A stretch of 64,000 nt of DNA from Podarcis tiliguerta (lineage: Eukaryota), in the NCBI GenBank assembly GCA_965153285.1, contig OZ229129.1. One strand, given 5' to 3'. The notes under the pieces were generated by a model. It did no database searches. It had not been told where the DNA came from and worked only from the letters and a program-made list of their open reading frames with translations. The position numbers and the translations under genes were made by a program. Shown in pieces: positions 25,841 to 40,285 of the stretch; the first letter of the stretch is position 1; each line of letters starts with the position of its first letter.

Positions 25841-26829
25841 ATAGGTACTTGTGTTTCACCCGCAACCTCAATTTTTCTTGAGTTAAAAAATGCACACACA
25901 TTTGTGGGTGCACATAAAAGCTCTGTGCAAACAGGGAACCTAGACAGGGGCATGTCGACCTAACCTACCTCACAGGGTTATCGTGAAGATAGAATAGGAT
26001 GAGCTCCGTTCAGAAAGGAGGCTTTTTTAAAATAGAAAAAAAGTAATTGATAAATATAGTCCAGATCAAACATGATAAAGAAAGATCCTCAAGGCTGAGT
26101 GAAGCACGGAAATCATCCATCATGGATACCTGCTGAGCCGCTAGAAGACAAACAGCATTGCCGTTAATGGAAATCGCTCAAATAATAGCACACATATCAA
26201 CATAGCTGGCATATTATATCAGACCATAATACTTTAGAGACAGGGAACTGTATCTTCATATTGTATACTACGTAAGCTGAGCTCTGAGGAAAGCTGGGTG
26301 ATGAATCCAAGTAAAAAATGGTCCAAGGAGAGGATAAATCACTTGTCCTAAAAGCAGGGATGCAGACAATTTTTATCATCCAAGAGCCTCCGCATTTTTT
26401 TAACATAGACACACAGACAGACATATTTGGTGGTGTTAACAACTGCTGAATAATACATAGCATCACCTCCTTCTGTTTGATTTCACTATCTTTTCCTTTT
26501 CCTATTCAATTTAAGCACATTCAAGCACATTCATTCTCTTAGCAGCTCCTGCTTATCTTTCATCTCTGATTCTTCTCTATGTTCCCATCTTTGGTCTCTG
26601 CTGTGGGTTCTTTCTTTCTTGTTAACCCCCCACCCCACCCCCACCCCAAGTATTTCCCTAGATATCACATCTTTATTCTTTTCCTCCCCCTTATCACTCC
26701 CTGTCTGTTGCTAGTAAAAAGAAAACAAAAAACATAGTCGCTAAACTTATTCTCCTTCTTTCTCTTTTAAGTGTCCCATTTGTTTTGGTGATAGATTTTG
26801 TCCTCCTCCAGTTTGTAATTTTATTATAC

Positions 26830-27575
26830 AGACCTTGGGAGCCATAGTGGATAACTTGATGAAGGTGTTGACCCAGTGTGTGGCAGCTATGAAGAAGGCA
26901 AATTCCATGCTAGGGATCATTAGGAAAGGAATTGAAAATAAAACCTGCTGCTATCATAATGCTGTTGCACCAGTTTATGGCGTGACTGTGTTTGGTATAC
27001 TGTGTACAGTTTGGGCCTCCAGGCGGATATTTGCAGGGTTGGAAAAGGTTCAGAAAAGGGCAACCAATGATGATCAAGGGGATGGAATGACTCCCCTTTG
27101 AGGAAAGGCTACAGCATTTGAGACTTTTTTTTAGTTTAGAGGGGGGTGGGAATGAGTAGCAGATGGCATGATATAAGTTTGCAAAATTACACATGGCATG
27201 GAGAGAGTTGGTAGAGAAAAGTTGTTCTCCCCTCACCTAGCACATCCAATGGATCTGAACGTTGGAAGACTCACGACAGATAAAAGAAAGTCATCCTTCA
27301 TAGTTTAAACTATAGAACTCGCTCCCAGTGGAGGCAGTGATGGTCAACAACTTGTATGGCTTTAAAAGAGGACTGGACAAATTAATGGAGGACAAGGCTA
27401 TCAATGGCCATGAGCTCTGCCTTCATGGTCAGAGGTGGTGATGCTCCTGACTACCAGTTGCTGATCAAGTCCTGCTTGGGGATTTCTCCCAGGCCTCAGG
27501 TTGGCTATTGTGAGAACAGGAAGCTGGACTAGATGAACCACTGGCCTGATCGAGAAGCCTCTTCTCATGTTCTTT
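26830..27575 (+). mobile_element. CR1 LINE 3' fragment (second family)
   Basis: QCVAAMKKANSMLGIIRKGIENK and LEKVQKRAT RT C-terminal motifs; 3' end ggactagatgaaccactggcctgatc...cttctcatgttctt. Confidence 0.88.
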
Positions 27576-28974
27576 TTCCTCGTTTTGTATCTGTTTGAAA
27601 TTAGGGTGCAGCTGCCCTTTTGCCTCCTGTCCCAAATAAACTGTCCTTTTCAGCAAGCATCCCACCTGGCAATGGTGAGAAAGCATCTCCCCCTCCACTG
27701 GCTTGGCCAATTGCCATTTGGCGCCACCAGTCCCCAAATAGCTTGCCTCAACGACATGCCCAATAGGTTGCAATGGGGAGGTGAGGCAGAAGAGCCCCCT
27801 CCATCAGCCTGGCAGCTGCTAACTGCCACTTGGCTCCTCTCTTTCTAGAACAGCTTCTGTCTCAATGGTCATTCAGCTGCATTGCTTCAGAGGTCAAGGC
27901 CAAACCGCCCTGCCCAATGGCCTGTCAGAAATCCAGTGCTATTTGGCTTCTCCCTTAGGCAGAGGGAAGTGACTGGCCAAAGCCATAGTTTCATGGCTGA
28001 GTAGAGATTTGAACTCAGATCTCCCATACTCTAGTCCAGCACTCTAACCACTACACCACACTCCTTTCCTTTCCTCCCTAATGCATTTTATGTCTATCCT
28101 TATGTTGTAAGCCTGTGGGAAGGGCAGCTCTTGTTTCAAACGTATATACAATGCCTCAGTTTGTAAGTGCTTTATACTACTCTGGAATACAGGACCTAAT
28201 ATATCCTGCATATCCTTTGCCCATTGCTCCGGGGGCATCATTCCCCAAATGGTACCTCCTCGTCTGTTCTGCTGTGGGAAATTACTGGAAGAGAAATCGT
28301 ATGATCCATTGCCGCTTTCTATCCCTGGCTACTAAGAATTCGAATGTACATGCCAGAAAATGCATTTGAATTCCCGTCACCGACCCAGCTGTACAAAAGA
28401 GAAATGAAAATTGGGATTTACTTATACATTGCTAGAAAACAAGAAGAAGATGTTTTAAAACATAGGAAGGTCCACAGCCTGGCATACAAACCTTGGAGTT
28501 AATTTAGTGCCATTTAATCACAGTCCCTGGCCTTAATGGGATAAAAATGGAAAGTATAAACGCAGGACAATTAAGCGTGGTGCATAGGCCATCGCGAAAT
28601 CTTAATCGTTCTTAATGATATATATTTGTCATCCAGACTGAAACAGGTTTAGAAAGTTGGGGTTTTTTTTAAACAAAGATGTTTTATAGCACTGAGCTTT
28701 AGTGCCAACCTCTTAACTGCTGCTGTAATTTCTAAATTTCCCATGGGAAAGAAGTAGTGTATGAAAGAAGCTATTAGCATGGAAAAGAAACTCATTCACA
28801 TTTTGCCACAGGTGGAGATGGCAGTGCTTGTAATAGGAGACGCACTGATTTCCGTATGGGAGAGGTGCTTAGCCAATTACAGGTATGAACGTAAGAATAG
28901 CCGGCTGGATTGGGCCAATTCTAGTTCAGAATCCTGTCCTCACAGGAGCTGTAGGAAACCTGTAAGCAAGTACT

Positions 28975-29440
28975 TTTAAAAATTTTGTTGGGGATAATTC
29001 AGACTAAAAATTCCCTGGTGTCAAAAGGTCATTTATGTATGCCACTCCTGCAGCCCGTGTTTAGCCCCAAAATAGAAAATGAGCAAGGTCCCAACTAAAG
29101 AAGAATGGCAGCTTAAGCTGATGGAATATGCGCGGCTTGCAGACTTAACATATAGAATAAGTGAACAAGAAGAACATACGTTTAGAGAAGAGTGGAAAAT
29201 GTTTGTTGAATATGGGGGGGGGGATTGTGTATACCTGAAAACGTTGGCAGCGTTAAGATAAATTCAACAGTGTAAATAAATTTTGATGGATGCAATAATG
29301 GAATACTGAATGGTTTAGTTTTTGTAAAATATGCAGGGATTTATGATATGCAAAAAGAATCATGGAAAGAGAAGTCATTGATATTTTAAGGATGTTTAAA
29401 TGAGTATTTTAAATTGTAAAACAGAAAATTTAAATATTAA
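28975..29440 (+). mobile_element. L1-clade LINE 3' fragment
   Basis: ORF 29079-29261 (KVPTKEEWQLKLMEYARLADLTYRI...EEWKMF) is homologous to the ORF2 end at 3515-4220. Confidence 0.75.
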
Positions 29441-30994
29441 ATCTTTTGATCACCAAGAGTCACCATGTCACTTTCATTTTATTCTCCACCTCCTCCCCCG
29501 CACAAAATGCAAAGCAGGGATGGGGTGACTGCCAAATACTGTTGAACTCCATCAGTCCTAGGCAGCATACCTACTGGTCAGAAATGCTAGGAGCTGTAGT
29601 CCAGTAACATAAGGAGGGATGAGTTTTGTGGGAAGGAAACCCAAATTTATCATGTATTTTAGAAGGCCCAGCCTTAAGCTGTGCATGTTAACTTTCCTTT
29701 CTTATCTCAAGTTCTCCTTTCCTTTCTGAAGACCCATCTGGCAAGGCCTAGCTGGGAAAGGGGGCAAGTAGAACTTCACTGGGACCTGGGCAGTTAGAGT
29801 AAACCAGGCTTCTAGTGTTATGTATATGTCATCACCAGTCACCCTATTCAGTTGTTGCTCCAGACAGTTTTTATATTGGGGGGGGGCAGGAAAATTGTCC
29901 TTACAAAAAGGACAATGAAATCTTTGGATTAGCAAAGATGCAGGCTATAAAATCTCCTTTCAGAGAGATTCGGTTCACTTACAGCATATGCTGAACTGAG
30001 AGCCAATCCACATGGCTCGCTCTTCTCTTGTTCCAGGATGCACAATGAAAAAAGTATGAGAAGGGGTGGGGAGCAGAGCCTGCTGAGAGTCATGGGTTCC
30101 CTCAAAGGATCTTGGGAACTGCAGCGTGCTGAGAGTTGTTAGGAGACTCCTGTTCTCCTTCCAGTTCCCAAAGGAGTTTAACAAACTTTCTTCCCAGGGA
30201 ACTCCAGCAAATTTAGCTCTGAGAGGCAGATGGGTTTGCTAACAACTCTGTAGACAGCACCCTTAACAAGCTGCATCTCACGGCTCTTTAAATGTGTGTT
30301 GTGAATGTGGCCTTTTTGGTTGGTCCATGACAAGCAGATTGTCACTTCGTGACAACAACACAGAAGTGGGGCTCTTTGGCGATAGCATATCCACCTCCTT
30401 TGGATAATTAGTGAGGAAGAAACAGTAATAACCATTCATTGCTTCTCAAAAATGTAAATGCTTACCCAAGTTGCATTGGACACTCTTAAATTTTTTTGTT
30501 TTGTTTTGTATTTTGCTCAGCTGTATTGGTGGCACATGTCTGTGTTTCAATCTTGCTTTATAGCCTGTTTTTTAAAAATAGTTTTATTTAATGTTGTTTG
30601 CGTTTCCACTGTCATTATGGTATTTTCATTGCACACTGCTCTGAGATTTAAAAATAATTGTATTTAGCGAAATAAATTGTTAATACACAAACAAACACAC
30701 CCACACACACTTAAGCTGCTGTTCCACCTGTGATGGAAAAGCTATTCGTACTGTCTCTATTCCTCTGTGGGTGGGAAAGCTACTGGGGAAGGGAAATTTT
30801 CAGATGCAAAATAATCAGAGGGAAAGGGTTATGCATTCAGTCCCTTCTTCCACTTCCCATTAGAGTTTTTCTTACTTTTTAGCCATTGAGAGATTGCTAC
30901 CTGTGTCTGTTAACATCTAGTTTGACCCTCGTCCACTGCACTAATTCGCTGTTGCTTAACTCTGATGAAGGGTGTAACTATTGTGATTTAACCG

Positions 30995-31178
30995 AGGGGC
31001 CATAATTCAGTGGTAGAACATCAGCTTTGCATGTGGAAGGTCACAGATTTGATCCCTGGCACCCTAAGACAGGGCTGGAATATAATTCTATCTGAAATTC
31101 TGGTGGGCTGCTGCCACTCACTGTAGACAATACTGACTTTGGTGGACCCAAGGTCTGACCTGCGATAAAGCAACTTCT
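30995..31178 (+). mobile_element. Short tRNA-derived SINE (same family)
   Basis: ggggccataattcagtggtagaacatcagctttgcatgtggaagg...tgtagacaatactga. Confidence 0.75.
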
Positions 31179-32236
31179 TTGGATTATCTTTTGTACTTGT
31201 TACTTTTTGCTCCCATTCTGGCTCTGGTTCTTAGAGACAACAGCCACTCTCTTAGTCTGATGCTATTTCAAAACCTGCAATGGGAAGGAAATGACCCTCA
31301 TAAAACTTTTATGTTGCTCATTGCCTTCAAAACTCATTTAGAGAATTGAACAGTCCGTGTGAATCCTCTGTCACAAGCCCAAAGTGGCAACTGCAGCTTT
31401 ATCCATCACAATGACATTATCTGGGCAAGAGCCAAGCCCATCAGAAGTGATGTCACACATAAATTCTACACCAAACAGATGCAACTTAGAAAGGTAGCAT
31501 ATATTGTCTTAACTCCAGAAAGCATTCAAACTCCCAGCTGAGAAGCCCTTCACCTTCTTCCACTAAAACCAGAGGGGAGAGGATACTTGTGGCCCTCTAA
31601 ATGTTGCTGAAGTACAACACCAATTATCCCTGATCCCTGGCCGGTTATGCTGGGTGCTAGAGTCCAGTAGCATCTAGAGGGTCACTGGTTCCATATCCAT
31701 GCCACATAAGCAAAGGTGCAGTGGTCTGGGGTTGCGAGCATTCAAAGATGCATTACTGTTTCTGCAGCATGGTCTCCAATGCCCCAGAGCCACCCAGTCA
31801 GCTTGAAAGGGGAGCTTACCTTTTGTGCTGATTGGAGCCGATCAGAGTGAAAGGAGGTGAGTCGGCCACTGAGGATTGGTTCCTAGGGTCACTCTGGAGA
31901 AGGTGTGCAGCATGATGGAGAGGTTGTTCTATATGCTCCGAAGAATTTTAAGACCACTGGCAACACAAGGTGCTTCAGTTTCCAGGGAATGGTCTGCAAG
32001 TTCTGTTCTGTACAATAGAACTTCAAGGAAAACACAACTGAAGCCACTCCAAAATAAGATATTAGAGCACTCCAAATCATTTACCCTTTCATGAACACAG
32101 AAAATAGATCTAGCCGAGAGGCAGCACCTGGAGAGACACACTGATCGTTGCAATACATCCCTAACTGTTGTTGTATAATTATAAAATAATCAAGAAGGGT
32201 GTGTGACTGAGGTGGCATGGTTGTGATTATCATGGC

Positions 32237-32368
32237 CACAGGCAAACTCCGGCTCTCCAGATGTTTGGGACTACAATTCCCATCATCCCTGACCACTGGT
32301 CCTGTTAGCTAGGGATGATGGGAATTGTAGTCCCAAACATCTGGAGGGCTGGAGTTTGCCTATGCCTG
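32237..32368. mobile_element. Palindromic hAT MITE
   Basis: ggcaaactccggctctccagatgtttgggactacaattcccatcatccct...agggatgatgggaattgtagtcccaaacatctggagggctggagtttgcc. Confidence 0.88.
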
Positions 32369-32804
32369 GGCTAGAATGACTCTCAGGGTCCCTTCCAGCT
32401 CTATGATTCTATGATGGGAGCCTTCATAGAGCCTGAATTTGGTGCTGCACTACTATGTGGTGCATAAAGGAGCATTTTCTTCTTGGTCAGTCCTGAATCT
32501 GTTGTCAGTTCCTTTCGCTGGGTGTCCCTACCCCTGACTAAAATTCTGTTGCTCAGCTTTTAGGAAATTGTAAATGCTAGAAGTGTTCAGAGTTGGATCA
32601 ACCAAGAATTCAAATAATCTAGAGCAGCAGTCTTAAACATTTTCATACCTGGGGTGTGCCTTTACCCTAAACATTCATTATGGGACCCGATTCTTGATTT
32701 CTGTGCAGGGTGGTAGTGCTGCTGGTGCAACCCACATTGTGGAACCCTGACCGTATATGTTGAAAACCATCTCTCCAGAAAAACTGTCTATTTACACCCA
32801 GGAA

Positions 32805-33280
32805 GACACTTTTATTTTATTTTAATAATTGCCACACATCACCTCTTTTTCTGCACTCTTCTGCATACTCTGAATATGTATTCATCGCTTCACACAGCCA
32901 AGGGTATGCCAAAGCATTTCGCAGTAATAAATTCAAAATGCATTAAGAAGTTCAATAAAACAATGCAAAGTACTAAACGTGTTCATCAAAGGGGGGCGGG
33001 AATCAGCACCTCAGTCAGCACAAAACATACATACCTTCCACACAGCCTAAACCCCAACAGCCTGACCACCAGTGCTATCCAAATACCTGAGAGAATAATA
33101 TGCCTCTGCTTGGCGCTGCAAGATTGGCAAAGTTTAATGCCAGTCCAGCTTCCTAGGGAGATCATTCTGCAAGTTGGGGGTGGGGGAGTTTGCTACCACA
33201 GAGAAGGCCAATTTTCATGTTACCACCCTCTGAGCACCCTTGGAAGGAGACTCACAGAGAGGGTCAGGTGCCAATCCCGG
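32805..33280 (-). mobile_element. L2-clade 3' fragment, decayed
   Basis: Reverse complement shows an L2-like 3' end with an aataaaataaaa tail; the + strand ORF 32876-33442 is its antisense. Confidence 0.55.
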
Positions 33281-34970
33281 GGTCTGAGTATGTTTGTACA
33301 GGGAACGGCAATGGCCTGTGCAAAAAGGTCTCCCTCCAAATGGTGGTTGTACCAGTGGCAAAGTGTGGGTTGTACCAGTGCACAGAGCGGGGGTGGGAGG
33401 GAGGAAAATGGGCAGAGTACACATGCGCATTCAATTGCCTAATAGTGTCTGTGTCACCCAGGAGATCGCAGCCACAGAAACAAGAAAAGAGGAGTTGTTC
33501 TGTTGTCTGGAGATGTCACGTACTGCTTCGCCTGGAGCAGCTTTTTTCAGTAGAGACCAGCTACAGAAGCACGCAGCTGTATTGAGGCAGCACAGGGTGT
33601 TCAAGTTTTGCTAACAATGTTGTGTCCAAGGCAACCGCTCCTCTGCTTTCCCCATGCTATGCCAATGGTTGATACCTCTGGTATGAAACCACCTTAAAAA
33701 CCCAGCCTTCTCCTTATGCAAGAACTATGGAAAGGTTTACACTATACATTTAGAGCACATTCTGTGCATTTTCGAAGCACATGGCTTCCCCCGCAAAGAA
33801 TTCTGGGGACCGGACCATAGTTTTCCCCTCACAGGGGCTACCATTTCCCTTGCCTACTGTTCCCATGATTCTTTTTGGTGATGTCATCTGCTTTAGACGT
33901 GTGTTGAATGGGCATTCAGTGTTTGGTGTTCTTCTGCTCTATCTTTCCCATTGATTTCAGTATTTTGCAGAGCAGACGTCTTCGAGAATGCTGCTTCTGA
34001 ACTGCTCTACAAATTAATCTGTGTCGTTTTCTGCCCTGGCGCAAGGCAATTTTATTTGTAATTAATATGGCTCAACCCTCAAGCAACAGTTCTCTGCAAC
34101 TCAGTTAACAAACTCTTTGGAACAGCAAAAAAGAAAAAGCAGACAAATATTTGATGGCTTTGGTTGAAGCAATGCTCATATAAGGAGTCAGCGAAATCAA
34201 AGCTTACGTTGTCTTAGGAATGAGGTTTCACCTTTGGCTGTCTGAAACATTAGCTGCTGACACATCAGAAGAAAAAAGTGATGGTAGACCTTTAAGGTCA
34301 TACTTCATAGGAAGAGGAGGAGAGCGAGAGGGAAAGAATTACGCTTTTTAAATATGACAGATGCATAACTCAAGGAACAGCAAAAGCATTGCAGCTCGGC
34401 CATTGGATCTTTTTGGGGGGTGGGGTGGGGGGATATTCATATAGTTCCAACAAACACCATGAATTACAGAGGAAAGAAATGAGCCTACAATCTCCACTCT
34501 GATCTCTGATCCCTTCTGGAAGGGATGTTATGGAAGAGATATTGTTCCAAATATGTGAATAGGAGATGAGATAGCAAATGGTTCGACGCCACATTATGAC
34601 CATGGTAAAGAACATACAAAGCACAGGAATAGTTACAGTGGCCTTTAGCCAGCCTGGAGGGGTGGGGAGGAATCAGCCTAATTTGGTAATTATTTAACTC
34701 TGCACTTTCTATGAACTGTAATAAATGTTGTGCGTATACACAATGAATCACTGAGCTGGTGCAGAGTAGTAGCTAAGAATGTGAGGTTTGAAGTTCCTAG
34801 CTCAAAAATAACCTCAGCTGTGGATACAGTGGTTGGACTTAAGCAACTATCTTGATCCTATGCCTATGAATTTGTAAATATGTCACACTGTGTTCAGCTG
34901 GACGTACTCTCAAGAAATTGGTCACCTGGGGATAATAACACTGACCTACCATACAGGGCTGCTGTAAGGG

Positions 34971-35160
34971 GAAGGGCTGTAGTTCATTGGCAAAGCATCT
35001 GGTTGGCATACACAAGGTCCCAGGTTCAATCCCTGGTGTCTCCAGGTAAGGCTGGAATGTCCACTGCCTGAAATGCTGGAGAGCTGCTGCCAGTCAGTGT
35101 GGACAATACTAAACTAGATGGACTGATGGTATGAATTGATAGAAGGCAGCTTCCTATGTG
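34971..35160 (+). mobile_element. Short tRNA-derived SINE (~180 bp, Squam2-like)
   Basis: tRNA-like head agggctgtagttcattggcaaagcatctg...ggttcaatccc, body gctgccagtcagtgtggacaatact, tail ggcagcttcctatgtg. Confidence 0.8.
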
Positions 35161-36704
35161 CCCAAGGAGCCCTGAAATAATGTTGGTGCAAGATGGCTTA
35201 GCAATGTAAAAATGAAGGCTAAGCTGGTTTTTCCAGATGAGGTATCTGCTGGGAGAGACGCTGATAAGAAGAACAAAGGTGTTGATGACCAATCATCAGC
35301 TGCAACCCTAAATCTGAGTAACCTGATGATATGGCATGAATGTCACTGCACTAGTGGAGACAGAGATAAACCTGTGGTACACAATGCTTACACTCTTAAC
35401 AGCTCCCCCAGGGCAAGGGCAGCCCAGCCCATTCTGCCACCTGAGGCGAAACAGGAAGGTGTTGCCTTGTGAGTTGACACCCCGCCAAAGCACTGAGGTC
35501 GCACAGCAGCTCCTTCCAGGGTCTGGTGAGTGCAACCTTCCTGAGACCCAAGCAGCGGCAGAACTACATTTCGGGGGCCCTGAAACTTGAACTGTCCTGG
35601 GGACCCCTTTGCAAGCAGTAGTGAGGCCTGGGCAACCACTGTTGTTCAATGGGGTTGTTCCATGGCTGATCACCACACTTTGCCACATCTGTGCTACTGA
35701 CTGTCAAACTTTGGGATTGTTGAAATATATACAACACAAAATGAATCAGTTTCACTCAATTCAGTGTGACTCCAATTGGGTCTACTAGACCCAAAAATGT
35801 TAAGCAAGTTGCTTCTGGATCCCCTCTGAGATCAGAGGCCCGGAAGCTTAAGCTTTCATTAGTTTCAAAGATTTGCTCCGGACACATGTGAGGCACTCCC
35901 ATGAAATTTTGCAGGGCTCTCATGAAATCTCACTGGAACCCAACCCAACCACTTTTCCTTGCTTCTTCCGACATGCTACTTGGATTCCACTGCTTGAAGT
36001 GGCTGCGTCAGTCTACCTCCTGGAAGCGCCAGCAACTTGAACATTTTGCTTAGAGTAAAGCCTTTTGCCTAGCCGTACAGTTGTGCTAAGAGCAGGCCCC
36101 TTGTTACAGTAAAGCAGGTGTGAGGGGCCTTTGGCCTTCCAGATATTGCTGAACTACAACCTCCACCATCCCTCGCCATTGGCCATTCTTGCTGGGGCTG
36201 ATGGGAGTTGTAGTTTAGCAACATCTGATGGGCCAAAGGTCCCCCAAAGAGCAGGTTTGGGGGAGAAAGTGATATGATAAAGCCACGGGTGCCCAGTGAA
36301 GAAAGTGAATAAGGCACAACGTTCAGCCGCTTATATGTGTTCCTGCTGCCAGCATCTAAATTCATCGCCATACCACAACTGAGCCCATTTTCATTCATCA
36401 AGCTCTCTTTTGTCTCTTCATATCATTGTTGAAATGGCTTCCATAGCAAGCCATCTGCAATACTTTTGTTTTTCTCTAATTACCTTTGGATTATTAAATC
36501 ATCCTTTGCTTCCAATATCTGTTGACAGGCATTGATACTACCCGTGAGCTTGCTTTTAATAATAATTAAACCTCTCACAGAATTGAGTGTAAGTGCACAC
36601 TTTCTGTGTTTTGTATCCCTTCCTAGATAAGCCAGCTTTCATTAAAAAGTATATATTAAACATCATTTATATCTTAGGAACATGTATTCTTATAATTCTA
36701 TCTT

Positions 36705-36950
36705 TTTTAAAATGTATTTTTATTAAAGATTTTCTTGATTTACAAAGGTATGTGCAATGTCTCTCCTATTTTTTTTTCCATGTAACTTTTTTTTTTTTTT
36801 TTACAAATTGGTTTCATTTGTTTAGGAAGAATAGGAGGAAAGAGGTGGAGGGGGGGAAGATGAGTGGGGGTGGGGTCAGGTGGTGATGTTTCTATTTTAC
36901 TTAATATATGTGGGGTTTTGTGTCAGCGTTGCTTGTGCAGGTTCTCAGCT
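36705..36950 (-). mobile_element. L1 3'UTR stub, same family as 39308-40285
   Basis: ttttttaaaatgtatttttattaaagattt...gtcagcgttgcttgtgcaggttctc closely matches 39310-39552. Confidence 0.8.
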
Positions 36951-39307
36951 GCTATGTACTCTTATAATTGAACAGTTTGACATCTAGCATAACCATAGAA
37001 CAATTTTGGATTTCTTAAAAGGTAGTAAATAGGTAAAAATAAATGAAGGCAAGTGATTAAATAATGTAATAATTGCTACTGTTTATCCTGCAGTAATATA
37101 CAAAGGAAAATTACAAAAGTGGGGAAGACAAATGAAGGTTTGGAATCCAAACTTAAGTATTCATCATTCCTATATCTAATAGCAAACATGTGACACCTCC
37201 AGGCTGTCAGTATTTTGTGCGAAGGATTCGACCACACGTTGGGAAATTTTGGTTTGTGCAATTAAAACAGATTAAAGTGTTCAGTCACGCTACTGCAACA
37301 ACCCCCCCCCCTTTAAAGCAAAAGGCTTTTGCAGGTAGGAAAGTGATGGGAAAATGCTTTGAAAGATGTGGCATGAATTAATGATTAACAGGAAGGCGTA
37401 TAACCACCTCCATAAGCAAATCAGGATGAGTGCAGTTTTGCATAACCTGCGTGCAGACAAATCTATAAAGACCAGATATAGTCTGTCTTTTGTGTAAGCT
37501 TTGTGCAAATGGGGATGAAGATGTAATACAGAAGTCATCTGAAGATCATCAGGACAGCAAAACTGGGCAAAATTGACAGACAAGGTTGTGATTTCTGCAG
37601 ACTTAAGGGTGTGGCTCCCCATGTATTCAGAGTGCTCGTTCATTTGCAAATTTAAAAGGAAAACAGCCTGAGAAGGATTGAGCTTGATCCTAGATCTCAA
37701 GTAAGCATGGAATGTTGAGGAAGGACACCTGTTGCAGAGAATGAGCATTGATTACTGGTGAGAAACTTCCAGGCCTTCAGATGTTGTTGAATGACAACGC
37801 CCATCACCTCTGACCATTGGCCATGCTGGCTGGGGCTGATGGGGGTTGTAGATGAGCAACATCTGGAATGCTCCAGATAAAAGGCTGACCTAACTGGTAT
37901 TCCAACAACTGGATAGACATGAATAATATTTTCTTGATCTGCTGTGTTTTTAAAACACTGTATAATTTGGTGAGTGGTTGGAGTGCAACGTTTGAAGTGC
38001 AGTTTAAATCTCCACCTTTATGTTTATTGTTCTTCGCAGTGCAGTTTATCAACAGTATATATTCGCAAGAACTAAAGCAAACTCCATGATCATTAAAACA
38101 TTCAACATTCACACCCGAATAGCTACATAATGCCATCAGCCGTAAATATTCATAAATGCTAATGGCTACAATCCCTTTTTAATTGCTCAAGACAACTTTA
38201 ATGAGGTTCTAGCTGGCAGCCAGCCAGATCTGAGGACCTGCCTTGTGTGTGAGAGTGCAGAAACAATCCATTTAAGTTGCAGCAAAAAGACCAAGGGTGC
38301 AATCCTTGGGAATAAGCCCCACTGAACATAATGGAACAGTAAAATTAAAAGTGCCACCTGGAGACAGCATTAGGGAATCACAGTTCTTGAGTAAACAGAG
38401 CTGCTTAAAAATCCCTTGTAAATGCCCTCTGCATGCCTTGACTGAACGTACAGAGAGGGAAGTGTGGGACTGAGGTTTTTGCTCCTGTCTCTTATTTCCA
38501 TATGTACATTGTAAGGCCAGGAGGTTCTACCTGTGTGGTGTGCTACCAGGTCATAGGTGCCTGCTCCCTGGGGCCCTGGGTGCCCGAGCACCCACAAAAT
38601 TCCCCCTGAAGGGGCCGGGCACCCACAAATTTCAGTGCCAGGGCCTTACACGCTGCCCCAGGCACCCACGGTTGTGGGGCTAAGCTGGCACTCCTATACC
38701 AGGTCTACTGGCCTCACTCTTTCCATTCTTTCTGAAGTCCCAAATAAACTGAGGAATCAAAAGAGCCTCATTATAGGAGACAAGACTGCACCTTTCTGTC
38801 CAGGCTCCTGCTCCACCTCACCCTTCACCTGATCACTCCCCCCTCCCATGATCCTCCACTGGGGCTCTCCAGTCCACATGAAGGTGGGTGGGGAGAGCTG
38901 GCATCCCTGCTCCCCATCTCCAAAGCAACTGAAATTGGGGTGGGAAGGGGAGATTTCCCCACCTCCAACCCAGGTTCCCACCACTTAGCCCCTTTCTCTA
39001 CTCCCTTCTCCTGTGTCAACTCAAACCAGATCCCTACAGGCTTCATGACTTGATATAAGAAGGCATAGATTTCTGCTCTGGACCATATTCATGCAGAGCT
39101 GTCTCCATTCTGCTGCAATTCAGCCTCTGAGAAATTTTTTACACGATTAATTATCATTATGCTACTCAGCACAAGAAAAACAGTGGGAGATGTCCACAAT
39201 TACGCATTGTTCTATTCTGTTTCTCTTTTTATTTTGTTAAATTTTAATTGATTTCCTGATGAGTTGAGTGTTACAGCACTCGTAATATTTTATATATTTT
39301 GCAGTTG

Positions 39308-40285
39308 TTTTTTTAAAATGTATTTTTATTAAAGATTTATTGGTTTACAAAAGTATGTGCAATGTCTCTTTTTTTACAAATTACATTTTCTACAGATCAG
39401 TTTCATTTGTTGAGACAGTGCTACTTTAGGAAGAAAAGGGGGAAAGAGGTGGAGGAAGGAATGGTGAGTGGGGGTGAGGTCGGGTGTTGATGTTTCTATT
39501 TACTTAATGTATGTGTGGGGTTTTGAGTCAGCGTCGCTTGTTCAGGTTCTCTTTGCTATTTGCTTGTGTTCCTTTGGTGTTGAGAGAGATTGGGGGTTGG
39601 CCTAGGGTGTGGTTGTTCATTTGTGATTGGCTGTGGTGAACTTTGTTTTCATGTATGAGTGGGGTGGGTGGGTGTTTTGGAACAGGTTAGCCATATTGAT
39701 TCGTATGCTGTTGGTGGATTCTTGTCGTTGTCTTGTTGGGCTGTGTTTGTAATAAAGGGGAGCCATACCAGGGTGAAGGCATCTTCTTCTATTTGTCCCC
39801 GTGTCAGTTTCAGTTTACAGTATTGGTTAATTTTTCTAGTAAGGCTGTTTCCCATATTATTTGGTACCATTGGTCCATGCTTACTCCTGAAAAGTCTTTC
39901 TAGTGTCTGGCTATGATGTTTCTGGCTGCTGAGAGTAGGTGGGTTATGAGTTCTTTGTGATGTGAGTGGGCATTATTATCCTGGAAGATGTTTAGTAGAG
40001 CTAGTTCTGCGGTTATTTCTAATACCTGCTTAGTTATTTTGCATATTTCTTTTATGACTGTTGTCCAGAACAGTTGGATTTGGGGGCATTCCCACCACAT
40101 GTGGAGGTATGTGCCTGTGGAGGTGCACCCTCTCCAGCATTTTGGTGAGGTTCCTGGGTGTATTAGCACTAATTTCCTTGGTGTTAGGTACCACCTGCAG
40201 GTGAGTTTTAGAGTGAGTTCTTTCCTTTTCATTGATATGGATTTAAAGGGGGGTTTAGACCACATTCTGGCCCACTCAGTGTGGT
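39308..40285 (-). mobile_element. L1-clade LINE 3' fragment (second family)
   Basis: ORF 39900-40418 includes RWYLTP...CWRGCTSTGTYLHMWWEC (CCHC knuckle); 3'UTR and A-rich tail at 39308-39330. Confidence 0.85.

Noticed and set aside
31876-32200. Possible exon (ORFs on both strands in non-repeat-looking DNA)
   Set aside because: No frame resembles a protein I recognise (including VMA21 or HMGB3) and there is no convincing splice-site pair.
32876-33614. Overlapping 188-, 131- and 106-aa ORFs as a novel gene
   Set aside because: Largely the antisense of a decayed L2 plus MITE sequence; no domain or splice structure.
39256-39290. Hammerhead ribozyme core (CTGATGA followed by a gagtg/cactc stem); other CTGATGA sites near 30962 and 46241
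   Set aside because: The required GAAA after stem II is absent and stems I/III cannot be formed.
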